64,000 nucleotides of DNA from Candidatus Omnitrophota bacterium. Lineage in GTDB: Bacteria > Omnitrophota > Gorgyraeia > Duberdicusellales > 4484-171. The notes under the pieces are model-generated. The model did not search any database and was not told the origin of the DNA. It worked only from the letters and a program-made list of their open reading frames with translations. The DNA is taken from NCBI GenBank assembly GCA_016935525.1, contig JAFGQU010000021.1:15028-79027 (forward strand), given 5' to 3'. Below are positions 19,166-29,826 of the stretch, piece by piece. Made by a program: the position numbers and the translations under genes. Each line of letters starts with the position of its first letter. Positions within the stretch are counted from its first letter, which is position 1.

Positions 19166-21955
19166 TTATACTTTTATACTATTAAAAACTCCTATTATCT
19201 CCTGCAGTTCTTCTTCGGAAAATAACCTTGTAGCTGCATCTATCCCAAACTGGGTAAATGGAGGCTCAAAAAGATCGTCGTATTCAATATGTTTCTTCTT
19301 AGCAAAAACATTCTTTATTGTGCGTAAAAAGCGTATTTGCTCAGCCGTAAGCGCGTAGTGGTTGTTTCTTTCAATAACATAGGTATTAAAGGATTCATTA
19401 ATTATTTCTTCTGGTTCAGGGAATTTATATAAGCCAAGGATGCTCTTTATAAATTGTAAAAAACTACCATAGGGGCAAGCATACGTCTTTCTTAAATTAT
19501 CTTCATTTATATAGAGTTCGGGACTATTTAAGGTATCTTCTAAATCTACCAGGTCTTTGTCGGAAATTGGCTTATTCTGTTTTATTTTGACAAGAGCGGG
19601 ATGCGACTCTGCTAATTCTATGACTCTCTTTTCCACATTCTTTCGATAGCTATACACATAGTCGCCCTCTCCTTCGGGTCCAAATTCTATCCATTTCCTC
19701 TCAATCACTTCATCATCAAGGTCAAGTTTCACAATAGATGGTGGTTCTATCCTTTTATATTTCATTATTTCTGTAAGATTAGTCTTTATGTATTCAATCT
19801 TTTCATAATCAAGTTTATGCCAAAAATCAGAAGATAAAACTTTTATAATATGGCTTTCCTGTTCTTTTACTGCCTTTAGATTGCGCGGCAGACATTTAAT
19901 GTCATTTGTGATGGAAGTTCTGTACTTCTCTAAATCTTCTTTTTTATGGGTGATACAGGCTAAACCAAGATTTTCTACTTTAAGTAAGAATTGGTATTGA
20001 TAAATATTTATATCACTACAACAACGTAACAATGGTGCAATTTCTTGATCGAGAAATTGAATCGATTTAGTATCAACATCATCCCACACCTCTTTAGATA
20101 ATGCCTTATGGATATTACGTAGATTCTCACGAACAGTAATAGAGGGTTCGGGTAAAGATTGAATGTCATTTATGATTTCCTCTTTGACCTTATCAAAATA
20201 AGCTTGGTTAGACTGTCTAAATAGATTGAGCTTCTTTAATCGCACCCTAAATACTTTCACTGGCAAAGCTTCTTGTTGCGCTGGAACTTCGCCTTCTGGT
20301 TTTTCACCAAAATACTGGAAGTTGTTCCAGTGATCTATTATCAAAAATCGATCTTTTTCAATACACCATGATTTCCTTTTTAGCAAATCATCCTCTAATG
20401 TTCGAGTTCCTCGCCCAATCATCTGCCAAAACTTTATTTTGCTAAATACTGGTTTAGCAAACACAAGATTTACAACTTCTCGTATATCAACGCCAGTATC
20501 AAGCATATCTACTGAGATAGCAACACGTGGATAGTTCTCATTTTTGAATTTATCAAGCAGCTTCAGCGGTCTTTCCATCTTCGAATCTATAATATCGACC
20601 AGTTTACCCTGGTACTCTGGATACAATTCATTAAATACCATCCACAATCTTTTTGCATGTTCATGCGAAAGTGCAAATATAATGGATTTACCCGGTACTA
20701 CACCAGAATCATCTTTAAGACATACATCCATAAACTCACGTACTAATGACTCATTTGTACCTAGATTTGTAACCTTTTTTTCCAAATCAGTACCTTCAAA
20801 ATCGATCTCCTCAAGGGTTAACCCTTCTTCAACTAGTTTCTTTTGTATACTTAGCGGCAATTCGTTACCTTTAATTCCTGTAATCTGAAAGTTTGTCTTT
20901 GCAGCATATGGTGGTCGAAAATCAACAAGATACTTATCTTCAATAGCTTGATTGTATGCATAATTAAAAGTGGGGTGCCCATTTTCACAACTAAAAAATT
21001 TAAAAGTATCTCTATCAAGAAAATCGCTGGGAGTCGCAGTTAAACCAATTTGGATGGCATGAAAATAGCTTAGAACATCTTTCCATTTATTATAAATTGA
21101 TCTGTGACACTCATCTGAGATAACTACATCAAAAAATCCTGGAGATACAGAGGAAAAACACCCCATCATTGTCTGAATTGTCGCAACATTCAATCGCTTC
21201 GACTCCTGTAAATCGCCATAGCGTATCCAATGACGAGATTCATTAGGAAGATGCTCTTTAAAATTATCATAAGCCTGTTGCGCTAACGCTTCTCTATCGA
21301 CAAGGAAAAGCACTCTTTGTGCCCATCCTGCTCGGATTAAAACATCTATCAATGCCATAGCTGTTCGTGTTTTCCCTGTGCCAGTTGCCATAACAAGTAG
21401 AAATTTGCGTCTGCTCTTTTGTAAGCCATTAAAAATTCGCTTCAACCCTTCTATCTGGTAATCTCTATTGATAATTTCTGGTTTTATAGGTATTGAATGT
21501 AAATCTTTGCTATGCTCATTCTGATACAGGGTGCGTTCCAAATCTTCACGACTGAAAAATCCATGCACCATAGATGGCGCGTAACGCTGTCTATTCCAAT
21601 ACCATATTTCGTATCCATTCGTTAAAAAGATAAGCGGTTCCCTTCCATATTGTCTTTGTATACCGTCAGCATAGTCCTCGGCCTGCTGTTTTCCTACAAT
21701 TGGATCACGTGAAGTACGCTTTGCTTCTACAATAGCTAAAGGGTCACCAGCACGGTCTAAAAGAAGATAATCAGAAAAACCTGCTGTTTCATATTCCGCT
21801 TCACCATCGGAAATAGGTCGTCGAGTTCCTGCTCCTGCAATTTCAAATTCTGTTAACACGTGAGAATGGTCGTTTATCTGCCAACCAACTTTTTCCAAGC
21901 TTGAGTTTATTATTTTCTTTCTCGTCTGCATTTCTGTAGGATCAATATGATACAT
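19166..21955 (-). CDS. hsdR: Type I restriction endonuclease subunit R
   Basis: SDYLL..IVEAKR nuclease motif, MATGTGKT, DECHR, GLTATP, QMIGRGTR, EcoEI-like C-terminus. Confidence 0.96.
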   Translation of the reverse strand: MYHIDPTEMQTRKKIINSSLEKVGWQINDHSHVLTEFEIAGAGTRRPISDGEAEYETAGFSDYLLLDRAGDPLAIVEAKRTSRDPIVGKQQAEDYADGIQRQYGREPLIFLTNGYEIWYWNRQRYAPSMVHGFFSREDLERTLYQNEHSKDLHSIPIKPEIINRDYQIEGLKRIFNGLQKSRRKFLLVMATGTGKTRTAMALIDVLIRAGWAQRVLFLVDREALAQQAYDNFKEHLPNESRHWIRYGDLQESKRLNVATIQTMMGCFSSVSPGFFDVVISDECHRSIYNKWKDVLSYFHAIQIGLTATPSDFLDRDTFKFFSCENGHPTFNYAYNQAIEDKYLVDFRPPYAAKTNFQITGIKGNELPLSIQKKLVEEGLTLEEIDFEGTDLEKKVTNLGTNESLVREFMDVCLKDDSGVVPGKSIIFALSHEHAKRLWMVFNELYPEYQGKLVDIIDSKMERPLKLLDKFKNENYPRVAISVDMLDTGVDIREVVNLVFAKPVFSKIKFWQMIGRGTRTLEDDLLKRKSWCIEKDRFLIIDHWNNFQYFGEKPEGEVPAQQEALPVKVFRVRLKKLNLFRQSNQAYFDKVKEEIINDIQSLPEPSITVRENLRNIHKALSKEVWDDVDTKSIQFLDQEIAPLLRCCSDINIYQYQFLLKVENLGLACITHKKEDLEKYRTSITNDIKCLPRNLKAVKEQESHIIKVLSSDFWHKLDYEKIEYIKTNLTEIMKYKRIEPPSIVKLDLDDEVIERKWIEFGPEGEGDYVYSYRKNVEKRVIELAESHPALVKIKQNKPISDKDLVDLEDTLNSPELYINEDNLRKTYACPYGSFLQFIKSILGLYKFPEPEEIINESFNTYVIERNNHYALTAEQIRFLRTIKNVFAKKKHIEYDDLFEPPFTQFGIDAATRLFSEEELQEIIGVFNSIKV

Positions 21956-21980
21956 AAAAAATAAGCCTCCAATAATATTT

Positions 21981-22706
21981 CTACATCATCCCTGCGTCAG
22001 CAAAACTGAAATGTCGGTTATCTCCTATTATTAAATGATCCAATACTTTTATCCCCATTATCTTACCTGCCTTAATCAACTCTTGATTAAAACGATTATC
22101 GTCAATGCTAGGGTTGCAATCGCCCGAAGGATGGTTATGAACACAGATGATTGCGGCAGCAAAATGCTGCAAGGCTTTCTGGAAAACCTCTCGTATAATT
22201 GGGACGGCTTTGTTAACTGTCCCTTCGGTTATTTCGATGATATCGATGACTCTGTTCTTTGAGTTCAGAAGAATGATTTTGAATACTTCTTTTTTCAGAT
22301 CACGCATGCGCGGCATGAGGATATCAACGACATCTTTTGACGATTTGATCTGAGGCCGATCTTCTTTTACCTCTGTTTCCTTAAACCTCCTGCCTATTTC
22401 TATCGCTGCCTTTATTTGAGCAATCTTAGCTTTTCCTAATCCTTTAATTTCTTCCCATTGGGCTATGTCGGTATGGGCCAGATTACGAAACCCTTTGAAT
22501 TTCTGAAGCACTTTTCGGGAAAGATCGATCGCACTTTCCCCTTTTACCCCGTTACGGATCAAGATCGCCAGCAATTCCGTATCGCTCAGGGTATGCTCTC
22601 CGTTTTTGAACAGTTTTTCCCGGGGTCTATCATCTTCCGGCCAGTTATGTATTGCGGTAGGATACTCTCTATTGCGGCTTTTATACGTAGCTTTCTCTTC
22701 CGACAT
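21981..22706 (-). CDS. radC: RadC-family JAB/MPN protein
   Basis: DDRPREKL, LSDTELLAILI, HNHPSGD, VLDHLIIG. Confidence 0.96.
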   Translation of the reverse strand: MSEEKATYKSRNREYPTAIHNWPEDDRPREKLFKNGEHTLSDTELLAILIRNGVKGESAIDLSRKVLQKFKGFRNLAHTDIAQWEEIKGLGKAKIAQIKAAIEIGRRFKETEVKEDRPQIKSSKDVVDILMPRMRDLKKEVFKIILLNSKNRVIDIIEITEGTVNKAVPIIREVFQKALQHFAAAIICVHNHPSGDCNPSIDDNRFNQELIKAGKIMGIKVLDHLIIGDNRHFSFADAGMM

Positions 22707-22797
22707 ATCTAACTATTCTGCTCCTTTTACCCCAAAAAATCAACCCCCAAAACTCCCCACTGTCTCCTCTCCACAACCATCACTCCCCTACCCCTTC

Positions 22798-22902
22798 GGC
22801 AACACCGGATGTTGCCAGATGGTCATCTCAAATATCCCTTATTCCACTGTGCTCTTTCTTAAGTACCCTTTGGCAACACCGGGTGTTGCCAAAGGGTACT
22901 TA
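22798..22902. repeat. REP-like palindromes downstream of the RAYT gene
   Basis: GGCAACA-CCGGA-TGTTGCC (22798-22816) and a perfect 43-bp palindrome TAAGTACCCTTTGGCAACACC-G-GGTGTTGCCAAAGGGTACTTA (22860-22902). Confidence 0.9.
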
Positions 22903-23580
22903 TGCTATCGACTCATCCTCATCAAACAACAGATGTTTTATTTTGGCTAAATCACGTTGATAGAAAACTCTGTCTTGAACAAAGCTTAAGTACTGTGCCG
23001 GTCTTATTTCAAATAAATCGCCGTACTCGCACATTCTTTTTGCTTTTTTATCCAGTGAAACGTATTCTTTATACGATGAGGCTCTCCAGTCGGCAGGATC
23101 ATTTGTCAAATACGCTGTTACAGGATTGAGATGAACATACCGAGTTAAATGCAATAATTGATCATCGGTTTCCACCCGAACATTCTTAAAACGTGCTTCC
23201 CATAATGGTCCTTTCCGGTCATATTTGGTATTAAAATATCGAGCGTAACTATTCAACAATCTTCGCACAAAATCTGATATTCCATTATCGACTGTCTGTT
23301 TAAGAACTAAATGTATATGAGTCGGCATACTGCAATAAGCGATAATCTGGACAAGTTTTTGGTCAGATTGAGATACGACTGTATTCGTTTCTTTTATCTG
23401 TTCACTAGTCATTCGATCAAACTTGCTGAAGCTTATAGGTCTATCTCGATACTGATAATATTCTATCATTTTTGCCATGCGTATATAATCATAGTCGTTA
23501 TGGAATACTACGTATTTCGCAATCGTACGAGAAAACACATGATAGACCTGTCCCGTAATCAACTTCTGCGTCCGTACCAT
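22900..23580 (-). CDS. REP-associated tyrosine (HUH/Y1) transposase, RAYT
   Basis: YHVFSR, MPTHIHL (HUH), YFNTKY..GPLWEARF, RYVHLNPV, WRASSY. Confidence 0.94.
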   Translation of the reverse strand: MVRTQKLITGQVYHVFSRTIAKYVVFHNDYDYIRMAKMIEYYQYRDRPISFSKFDRMTSEQIKETNTVVSQSDQKLVQIIAYCSMPTHIHLVLKQTVDNGISDFVRRLLNSYARYFNTKYDRKGPLWEARFKNVRVETDDQLLHLTRYVHLNPVTAYLTNDPADWRASSYKEYVSLDKKAKRMCEYGDLFEIRPAQYLSFVQDRVFYQRDLAKIKHLLFDEDESIA

Positions 23581-23593
23581 ACCATCCTCCTTA

Positions 23594-23622
23594 CCTTTGG
23601 CAACCTACGAGGTTGCCAAAGG
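23594..23622. repeat. REP-like palindrome upstream of the RAYT gene
   Basis: CCTTTGGCAACCT-ACG-AGGTTGCCAAAGG, same core as the downstream palindromes. Confidence 0.9.
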
Positions 23623-23707
23623 GTTAAAAAAGAAAGACCTTCGCCCATCACCTGAGCAAAGGTCTCTATTAATTCTTTATACTCCTATAGCTATTATTGT
23701 CAATCCC

Positions 23708-23872
23708 TATCAGTGATCATCTGGTGTTTTTCAAATCTGCGATCATCTGTGTATAGGAAAATCAACCCCAAAACCCTGTCCTATCTCCACCTACGGTGGA
23801 GGTCACAGAGACACACGTCACACGTCACACGTGGAAGAACGGAACGCGGGATCCGGAACGCGATACGCGTAA
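23708..23872. repeat. Mosaic of short repeats and a small hairpin
   Basis: ATCTGCGATCATCTG, CTCCACC-TAC-GGTGGAG, (GTCACAC)n and GAACGCG units. Confidence 0.65.
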
Positions 23873-23905
23873 TAAAGGGGCGGGTAGAGAGAGATTTGAA
23901 TGGGT

Positions 23906-24799
23906 CTAACTCGGACGGCCTTCTTGCGACTCTTCGGTTTTTTTCCGTTTACTCATGGGCAATACGCCGGCTAAATCACCGATCACATTCACTAGGTCGG
24001 AATCGGAAGGGACTATGATCTTTGTATTCTCCTCTAAAGCCGTCTCCAGAGCCTGGAGCTTCCGCAGGAGCTGGGCATTCCCTATAAAATACTTTTCCGC
24101 CGCTTCGTTTACTAACTTTATCGCTTCGGCTTCTCCCTGGGCCTGGAGTATGCGCGCCTGTCTAATTCCTTCCGCCTGTTTGATGCTTGCCCGTTTTTCT
24201 CCGTCCGCCACAGTTTCCCTGGCGGTCGCAAAATCTACCGCGGCTATTTTTTCGTTTTCGGCTTTCACCACTTTATTCATTGTTTCCTGGACATCTTTCG
24301 GGGGATCGATCTCTTTCAATTCCGTTCGTACTATCTCAATACCCCAAGTACCCGTTTCGTCTTTAAGTGTTCTATGCAGTTCGGAATTGATCTTCCCTCT
24401 TTCGCTATTTGCCGATTTCAAAGTGAGGGTCCCGATTATATTTCTCAATGTCGTCCGGGCAAGGTTCACTATCTGGTACTGGTAATTATTCACATTATAC
24501 TGGGAATTTTTTACGCTTTCTTCATCGGATTTCACTTTAAAATACACCTGAGCATCAACTCGCGCGTTAAGATTATCATTTGTAATGATTTCCTGCGGTT
24601 CGGCATCAACCATTTGTTCGGTAACGTTTATAGTGACCATGCTCTCTATCATAGGGATGATCCAATTAAATCCCGGCGATGCAAACCGGTGATATTTTCC
24701 CAGACGTTCGATCAATCCTCTATGCGTCGGTCTTATTATGCGTATTCCTAAAAAAAACACGACAACCACTACAAGAATTACAGTATACACCGTTCCCAT
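23906..24799 (-). CDS. SPFH / band-7 family membrane protein
   Basis: N-terminal TM, IERLGKY, QEIITNDN, TTLRNIIG, WGIEIVRTE, coiled coil. Confidence 0.95.
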   Translation of the reverse strand: MGTVYTVILVVVVVFFLGIRIIRPTHRGLIERLGKYHRFASPGFNWIIPMIESMVTINVTEQMVDAEPQEIITNDNLNARVDAQVYFKVKSDEESVKNSQYNVNNYQYQIVNLARTTLRNIIGTLTLKSANSERGKINSELHRTLKDETGTWGIEIVRTELKEIDPPKDVQETMNKVVKAENEKIAAVDFATARETVADGEKRASIKQAEGIRQARILQAQGEAEAIKLVNEAAEKYFIGNAQLLRKLQALETALEENTKIIVPSDSDLVNVIGDLAGVLPMSKRKKTEESQEGRPS

Positions 24800-24916
24800 A
24801 TGTACCTCCTGATTTGTGTAACTATTCTACCTCAACCAATAGCCGGCTGCAAAAGGTATTCGCAGGAAGATGGGGACAGCGAAACGCGGGGTCCGCTAAA
24901 CGCTCACCGCTGTTTC

Positions 24917-26881
24917 CTATTTTCTGTGAAATGAATTGAATTTATCGGTATATTTGAGGACGGTCCATACAAAAGCGGAATGGCTCCAGGTAAGCGGTGA
25001 GACACAAAGCGGCGAACCGGTGACCGGATGGATCTGTTCGGCAAGTACGCCGGAAGGTAACGCGTTGTTCCCGCACCATTCAAGATACGGTAACGCCGTT
25101 TGTAGTTCTTCCCGGTTTTCGGCAGAATCGATAAAGTATTCGCCTAACCAGAGCGTCGAAATAAACCAGGGGTTACCCGGAATATCTTTTGGACTGTCTT
25201 CAGCCCGTTGATAGACGTCACCCGGGTATCGCGCGCACCCTTCAACCGAAGTTTTTAGCCATAACTGGTCACGTATAGATTTGACTGTTTCGATCATACG
25301 CGGATCTTTAGGTTCGAAAATTCCTAACGTCACCAGGCTTAACAGGCTGATATCAATGGTCTCATCAAGCTTGTACCCTCCGTCTATCCGGGACCCTGAA
25401 CGGGCAAACCGGTTCAGGCCGGCATGGTAAAGATGGTGACTGATCCCCTGCGTCATTTCATCGGCTACGGAATCATACTTTTCAGCTAAAGAGGTATCTT
25501 TAAAGAGTTTCGCGAATTTTGCCGCGGCTCTTAAACCCGCGATCACCGATGCGACCGTATAGGCGTGCAAAGCGTATCGTTCTTCCCAAAGATCATACGA
25601 AGGTAACGGTAATCGGGTCTGCGGGTCACGGTACCGGACCAGAAAGTCGGCGGCTTTTTTAATGAGCGTATTGTACAGCGGCCGGATAAATTCTACGTCT
25701 TTTAAACTCTGGTAATGTATCCATAACGCCCAAAGAGTCAACGCGGTCGAATCTTCCTGGATAGGAAGGACTTCTTTCCCGTCGACTAACCAGGCATGCC
25801 AGTTACTGGCAAGAGATCCGTCCGGATTATAATGTTGGAATAGATAACCTTCTTCCGATAACACCCGCGCGCAAAAATCGAAATATTTCATACAGATATG
25901 CGAGTACCCGGCCTTTGCTAACGCAGCGGCGACAAACGCGCCGTCACGGCCCCACATATATGAATACGTATCTTTTCCGAAACGGACAATATCCGAATCG
26001 TTCGCGGCAATAATGGCACCATGGTTGTCGATCTGCGTTCTCAGGATAAGCAGGCTGCGGCTGAAAATATCGGTGATCGGTTTTGGTAACTTTTTGAGTT
26101 TAAGAGACTGTTTCTGTACCCAGATCGTCCAGTATTTCGACGACCGTTTGATAAGTTCTTCCGGGGTTTTTTGATGGACTTCTAAATTGAGTTTCGCGAC
26201 TTCAGGATACGTCGTGCCCGCAGCCATCCAATAATACGCATTTGTTTTTCCTTGAGCGGGCAATTCCAGCCAAATACCGACGGTAGAATGCGGCGAACCC
26301 CATGCCGACGGATTACCGCTCAAGTTTCCGGTTTCGGTTTCTTTGTCGGCTACTGAATTTTCCGGATTTCCCCGTCTGCCGCAGGTAAAATGTTGTACAC
26401 CCCAAGTGTCATGGGCCCAGCAACTGATAAGAAAATACCGGTGTACCTTGTAGTGGATGATCGAACAACTGCGCGGATCAAAATAGGCAGTACCGCCGAT
26501 ATCGTTCCCATAAAGATAAAAATCATGATTAAAAAAAAGCCGGACTTGCCGGACCCTATCCTGAAGATTGGTTACTTCGATTTTTTTAATGTAGATGTTC
26601 AAATCCAGATCTACGACATCCGCACATCGGAGTTCTAACCCTAACGTATCATTTTTGAGAAAGACGTCCGTTACCAGACTTTTATCATGATACCTTAAAT
26701 CTTTTTCCCATTCCGGACCCATCCGCGAATAGTGTCCGTCCGCCCATACGCCGAAACGGAAAGGATTCCCGCTGGAATGGTTTTCCTGACCGATAAAAGG
26801 GAAATATATGTCCCGGATCTGATAATCCGAATCGAAATTCAAAAGAAAAGAACCGTTACTTACCGGGATGTCTTTAGGCAT
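24917..26881 (-). CDS. Glycoside hydrolase family 15 (glucoamylase/trehalase-like)
   Basis: YSYMWGRDG, QEDST, YDLWEER, LAEQI, PLTWSH. Confidence 0.93.
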   Translation of the reverse strand: MPKDIPVSNGSFLLNFDSDYQIRDIYFPFIGQENHSSGNPFRFGVWADGHYSRMGPEWEKDLRYHDKSLVTDVFLKNDTLGLELRCADVVDLDLNIYIKKIEVTNLQDRVRQVRLFFNHDFYLYGNDIGGTAYFDPRSCSIIHYKVHRYFLISCWAHDTWGVQHFTCGRRGNPENSVADKETETGNLSGNPSAWGSPHSTVGIWLELPAQGKTNAYYWMAAGTTYPEVAKLNLEVHQKTPEELIKRSSKYWTIWVQKQSLKLKKLPKPITDIFSRSLLILRTQIDNHGAIIAANDSDIVRFGKDTYSYMWGRDGAFVAAALAKAGYSHICMKYFDFCARVLSEEGYLFQHYNPDGSLASNWHAWLVDGKEVLPIQEDSTALTLWALWIHYQSLKDVEFIRPLYNTLIKKAADFLVRYRDPQTRLPLPSYDLWEERYALHAYTVASVIAGLRAAAKFAKLFKDTSLAEKYDSVADEMTQGISHHLYHAGLNRFARSGSRIDGGYKLDETIDISLLSLVTLGIFEPKDPRMIETVKSIRDQLWLKTSVEGCARYPGDVYQRAEDSPKDIPGNPWFISTLWLGEYFIDSAENREELQTALPYLEWCGNNALPSGVLAEQIHPVTGSPLCVSPLTWSHSAFVWTVLKYTDKFNSFHRK

Positions 26882-28056
26882 ACCGTCCTTTCATCTACGA
26901 TCCATTGATACAGTTGTGAATATTTTCCGGCCATACTGGCGATTGAGAAATTATTTTTCACATGCCGGCGGCAGTCACGAGGGTCGATAAGGTAGATCTC
27001 TTCCACAGCCTTGATCATCTCATCGATCGAGTCTACGACGAACCCGGTTTTCCCGTGAACCACGATTTCGGGTACCGACCCTTTACGAAAAGCTATCACC
27101 GGGGTACCGCACGCCATGGATTCGATCAGTACCAGCCCGAACGGTTCGCCCCATTGGATAGGGAAAAGTGTTGCCCGCGCGTGCCGGTACCAGAGTTTTT
27201 TCTGGGCGTTATCGATTTCTCCGATATAGATGATCTGTTTGTCCGAATCAAGAATAGGTTTCATGACTTTTTCATAATAATCCGGCCCGGTAAACGGTTT
27301 GCCCGCGTCCGTGAGCAGGTCGATCGATTTCCTTATTTTTTTGAAAAATACCCGGTCTTTTGCTTTGTTCTGCACATTACCCGCGATGATAAGCCGGGAT
27401 CCGGTTTTTTTCGCGACTTCGATAGCTTTATCCTGCCCTTTATCGCGGGTAATCCTTCCAATCGAGAACAAATAGTCCGGTGGGCCGGGACTGGTTCTGA
27501 ACGGATAGTCATCTACATCAATACCGTGATGGATGACTCTCTGCGCGTTGACTAATTCACGATGCTGCTTTCTCTGGTATTCACTGATCGGGACAAAATA
27601 GGCGCGGGAAGAAGAAACGAGCGATTCGTTCCATCGTTTGAATGAGCCTTCTTCTTCGGCCGGTAAATGGAGAGTCATCACAATAGGAACCGGACTCCCG
27701 GAGACTCCTTTAAAAATATATTCGACCATGACGGCATCATGCATATGGATAATATCGATATCACCTTTTTTTGCCCGTTGAAGAGAGAGGGCAAGATGAC
27801 GGCGCATATGTTCCTGCTGCAAGAGTGTGTTTTCACTCCAGTATTCGTTGAACCCTTTTTCAATAGTCGTGTACTGTTCTCCGATGACACGGGAATCACC
27901 GGAGCAGGCGACGATCGAACGGTACCCTAATCTATGAAGCCCTTTATCGATATTATAAATGACCGTTTCGATCGGGCCGTACCCCAAATTCCGCCGAATC
28001 GGACGGTTTAAAGTCGCTATGTGCAGTATATTCATCTTTTTTCTCGGTTTTATCAT
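26860..28056 (-). CDS. Glycosyltransferase family 4
   Basis: YGPIE, HHGID, GRITRDKG, WGEPFGLVLIESMACGTPVIA; start uncertain (28095/28077/28056/28035). Confidence 0.93.
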   Translation of the reverse strand: MIKPRKKMNILHIATLNRPIRRNLGYGPIETVIYNIDKGLHRLGYRSIVACSGDSRVIGEQYTTIEKGFNEYWSENTLLQQEHMRRHLALSLQRAKKGDIDIIHMHDAVMVEYIFKGVSGSPVPIVMTLHLPAEEEGSFKRWNESLVSSSRAYFVPISEYQRKQHRELVNAQRVIHHGIDVDDYPFRTSPGPPDYLFSIGRITRDKGQDKAIEVAKKTGSRLIIAGNVQNKAKDRVFFKKIRKSIDLLTDAGKPFTGPDYYEKVMKPILDSDKQIIYIGEIDNAQKKLWYRHARATLFPIQWGEPFGLVLIESMACGTPVIAFRKGSVPEIVVHGKTGFVVDSIDEMIKAVEEIYLIDPRDCRRHVKNNFSIASMAGKYSQLYQWIVDERTVCLKTSR

Positions 28057-28368
28057 ATTGATATTTTCCTTTACCATGCCGGAAATACGCGGCAAAAAGT
28101 GTTTACCCTACACGGTAAACCAGAGAGAAGAAAATAAAACAGCCTGATTGGAGACGGAATATACGAAGAGACTTCAGGGCGTGTTACATATAAGCTGTCT
28201 CGTTTTGCCGGGGAACAAAGAGAACCGACTTGTTTAGTATAGCATAAAGAGCCGCAAATAGATACAACTAAAAAAGACTCAACCGAGAGGGTGAATAAGG
28301 CGTGAGTGGGCAATAAGGTGAGCCCGTTTTGCCCATGCACTCGTTGGACCCAACGGGAGAACGTGGAT

Positions 28369-29826
28369 TTAGGCTGTTTCGGCGGGAGGTTCGATACAGT
28401 TGGATAAGTTTTCGTTCATACTATCGGGTACCTCGGGAAAATACACACCGATACGGTACAATTCGCTCTCTTGCTTACTTTTATGTTTTACTTTGCAAAT
28501 GAGCTCAAACGGAGACTTGTTTTTAGGACAATATATCCGGCATAAGAGTTCTTCATCAAGAATGTCTTGAGTGGAAAGTAACAACATCCCTTCTTGCGAG
28601 ATATTGGCGATCTGGGGTGGGTTCATATTCTCTTTTCCGGAAGAGTCAACCACCTCTATCCTGGCACCCGGTATGGGGTTAAGTCTTACCAACCTTCTTC
28701 TTTCTAACACTGCCCGGTTTTTCCCTTGCCGTTTTGCCTGACGTAACGCGTTATCGGCAATCCAGATCAATTCTTTAAGGTCTCTTGCGTTACAAGGAAA
28801 AACCGCTACCCCTGCGCTGAACTCTAAGGTAAACTCTCCGGCATCTTTTGCCTGCGGTAAAGTGATTTTTGTCCGGTTGAAATAGTTCCTGACCCTCTCT
28901 AAAACGACTAACGCTTGTTGCGCATCGGTTTCGGGAAAGACAAGCATAAACTCATCACCTCCATATCTGCCGACAATATCTATACTCCTGATACTCCTTT
29001 TAACGACATGAGCAAAAGCTATCAACACATCGTTACCGGCCAGATGGCCATGGTCATCGTTTATTTTTTTGAAATGGTCAATATCGATCATCACGATACT
29101 GAAAGTCTTTTGATACCGTTTGGACCGGGCAAGTTCGGTCTCTAAAAGTTCCATGATCGACCGGAAATTGACACAACCGGTGAGTTCATCATGACTCGCC
29201 AGATTTTTCAATTTCTCTTCGGCTTCTTTGTACGCGGTGATATCTTCAATCGCAAGTAAGATGAGTTGCGTATGGTTGGTTTTACGATAGACCTTACGGG
29301 CGTTGAGGAGCATCGTTCGTGTACCGATACCGGGAAAATCATGTTCGACTTCAAAATCATCAAAACTTGTGGTATGGGGAAGGATATCCTCCAACAATTC
29401 CCGTAATCGCGGGATATCCCATTGACGGTCACCTAGCTCATAGATATGTTGTTTCTCGGTATCTTCAGGTTTTACTTTAAAGAATTGGTAGAACGAACGG
29501 CTGGCGGAAACCACCTTTAAATCCGCGTCCAGAATGATCAAAGAGTCCCGTACGGTATTTATGATGCCGTTGGCGTATTCAAGAGCATCTTCAACAGTTT
29601 GTTCTAATTTTTTACGTTGTTCGATCTCGGCACGGAGGAGCCTCTGAATGACTCGTTCCGCGGACGTACGGGTACTCACCCGGTCTTCAAGAGTCTTCTC
29701 GTATTCTTTTAATTCTTTCTCTTTGTTTTCCAGTCCGGGGCCTATCTTACCAAGCTTCTTTATCTGTTGTTGTAACGCATTGATCGCTTTCATTAATTGT
29801 TGTTTAGCGGTTACCTTTTTTTTCAT
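28369..29826 (-). CDS. Diguanylate cyclase: coiled coil-PAS-GGDEF-PilZ
   Basis: HDELTG, DIDHFKKIND, RSID I-site, RYGGDEF; C-terminal RRLVR and NISQEG PilZ motifs. Confidence 0.93.
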   Translation of the reverse strand: MKKKVTAKQQLMKAINALQQQIKKLGKIGPGLENKEKELKEYEKTLEDRVSTRTSAERVIQRLLRAEIEQRKKLEQTVEDALEYANGIINTVRDSLIILDADLKVVSASRSFYQFFKVKPEDTEKQHIYELGDRQWDIPRLRELLEDILPHTTSFDDFEVEHDFPGIGTRTMLLNARKVYRKTNHTQLILLAIEDITAYKEAEEKLKNLASHDELTGCVNFRSIMELLETELARSKRYQKTFSIVMIDIDHFKKINDDHGHLAGNDVLIAFAHVVKRSIRSIDIVGRYGGDEFMLVFPETDAQQALVVLERVRNYFNRTKITLPQAKDAGEFTLEFSAGVAVFPCNARDLKELIWIADNALRQAKRQGKNRAVLERRRLVRLNPIPGARIEVVDSSGKENMNPPQIANISQEGMLLLSTQDILDEELLCRIYCPKNKSPFELICKVKHKSKQESELYRIGVYFPEVPDSMNENLSNCIEPPAETA

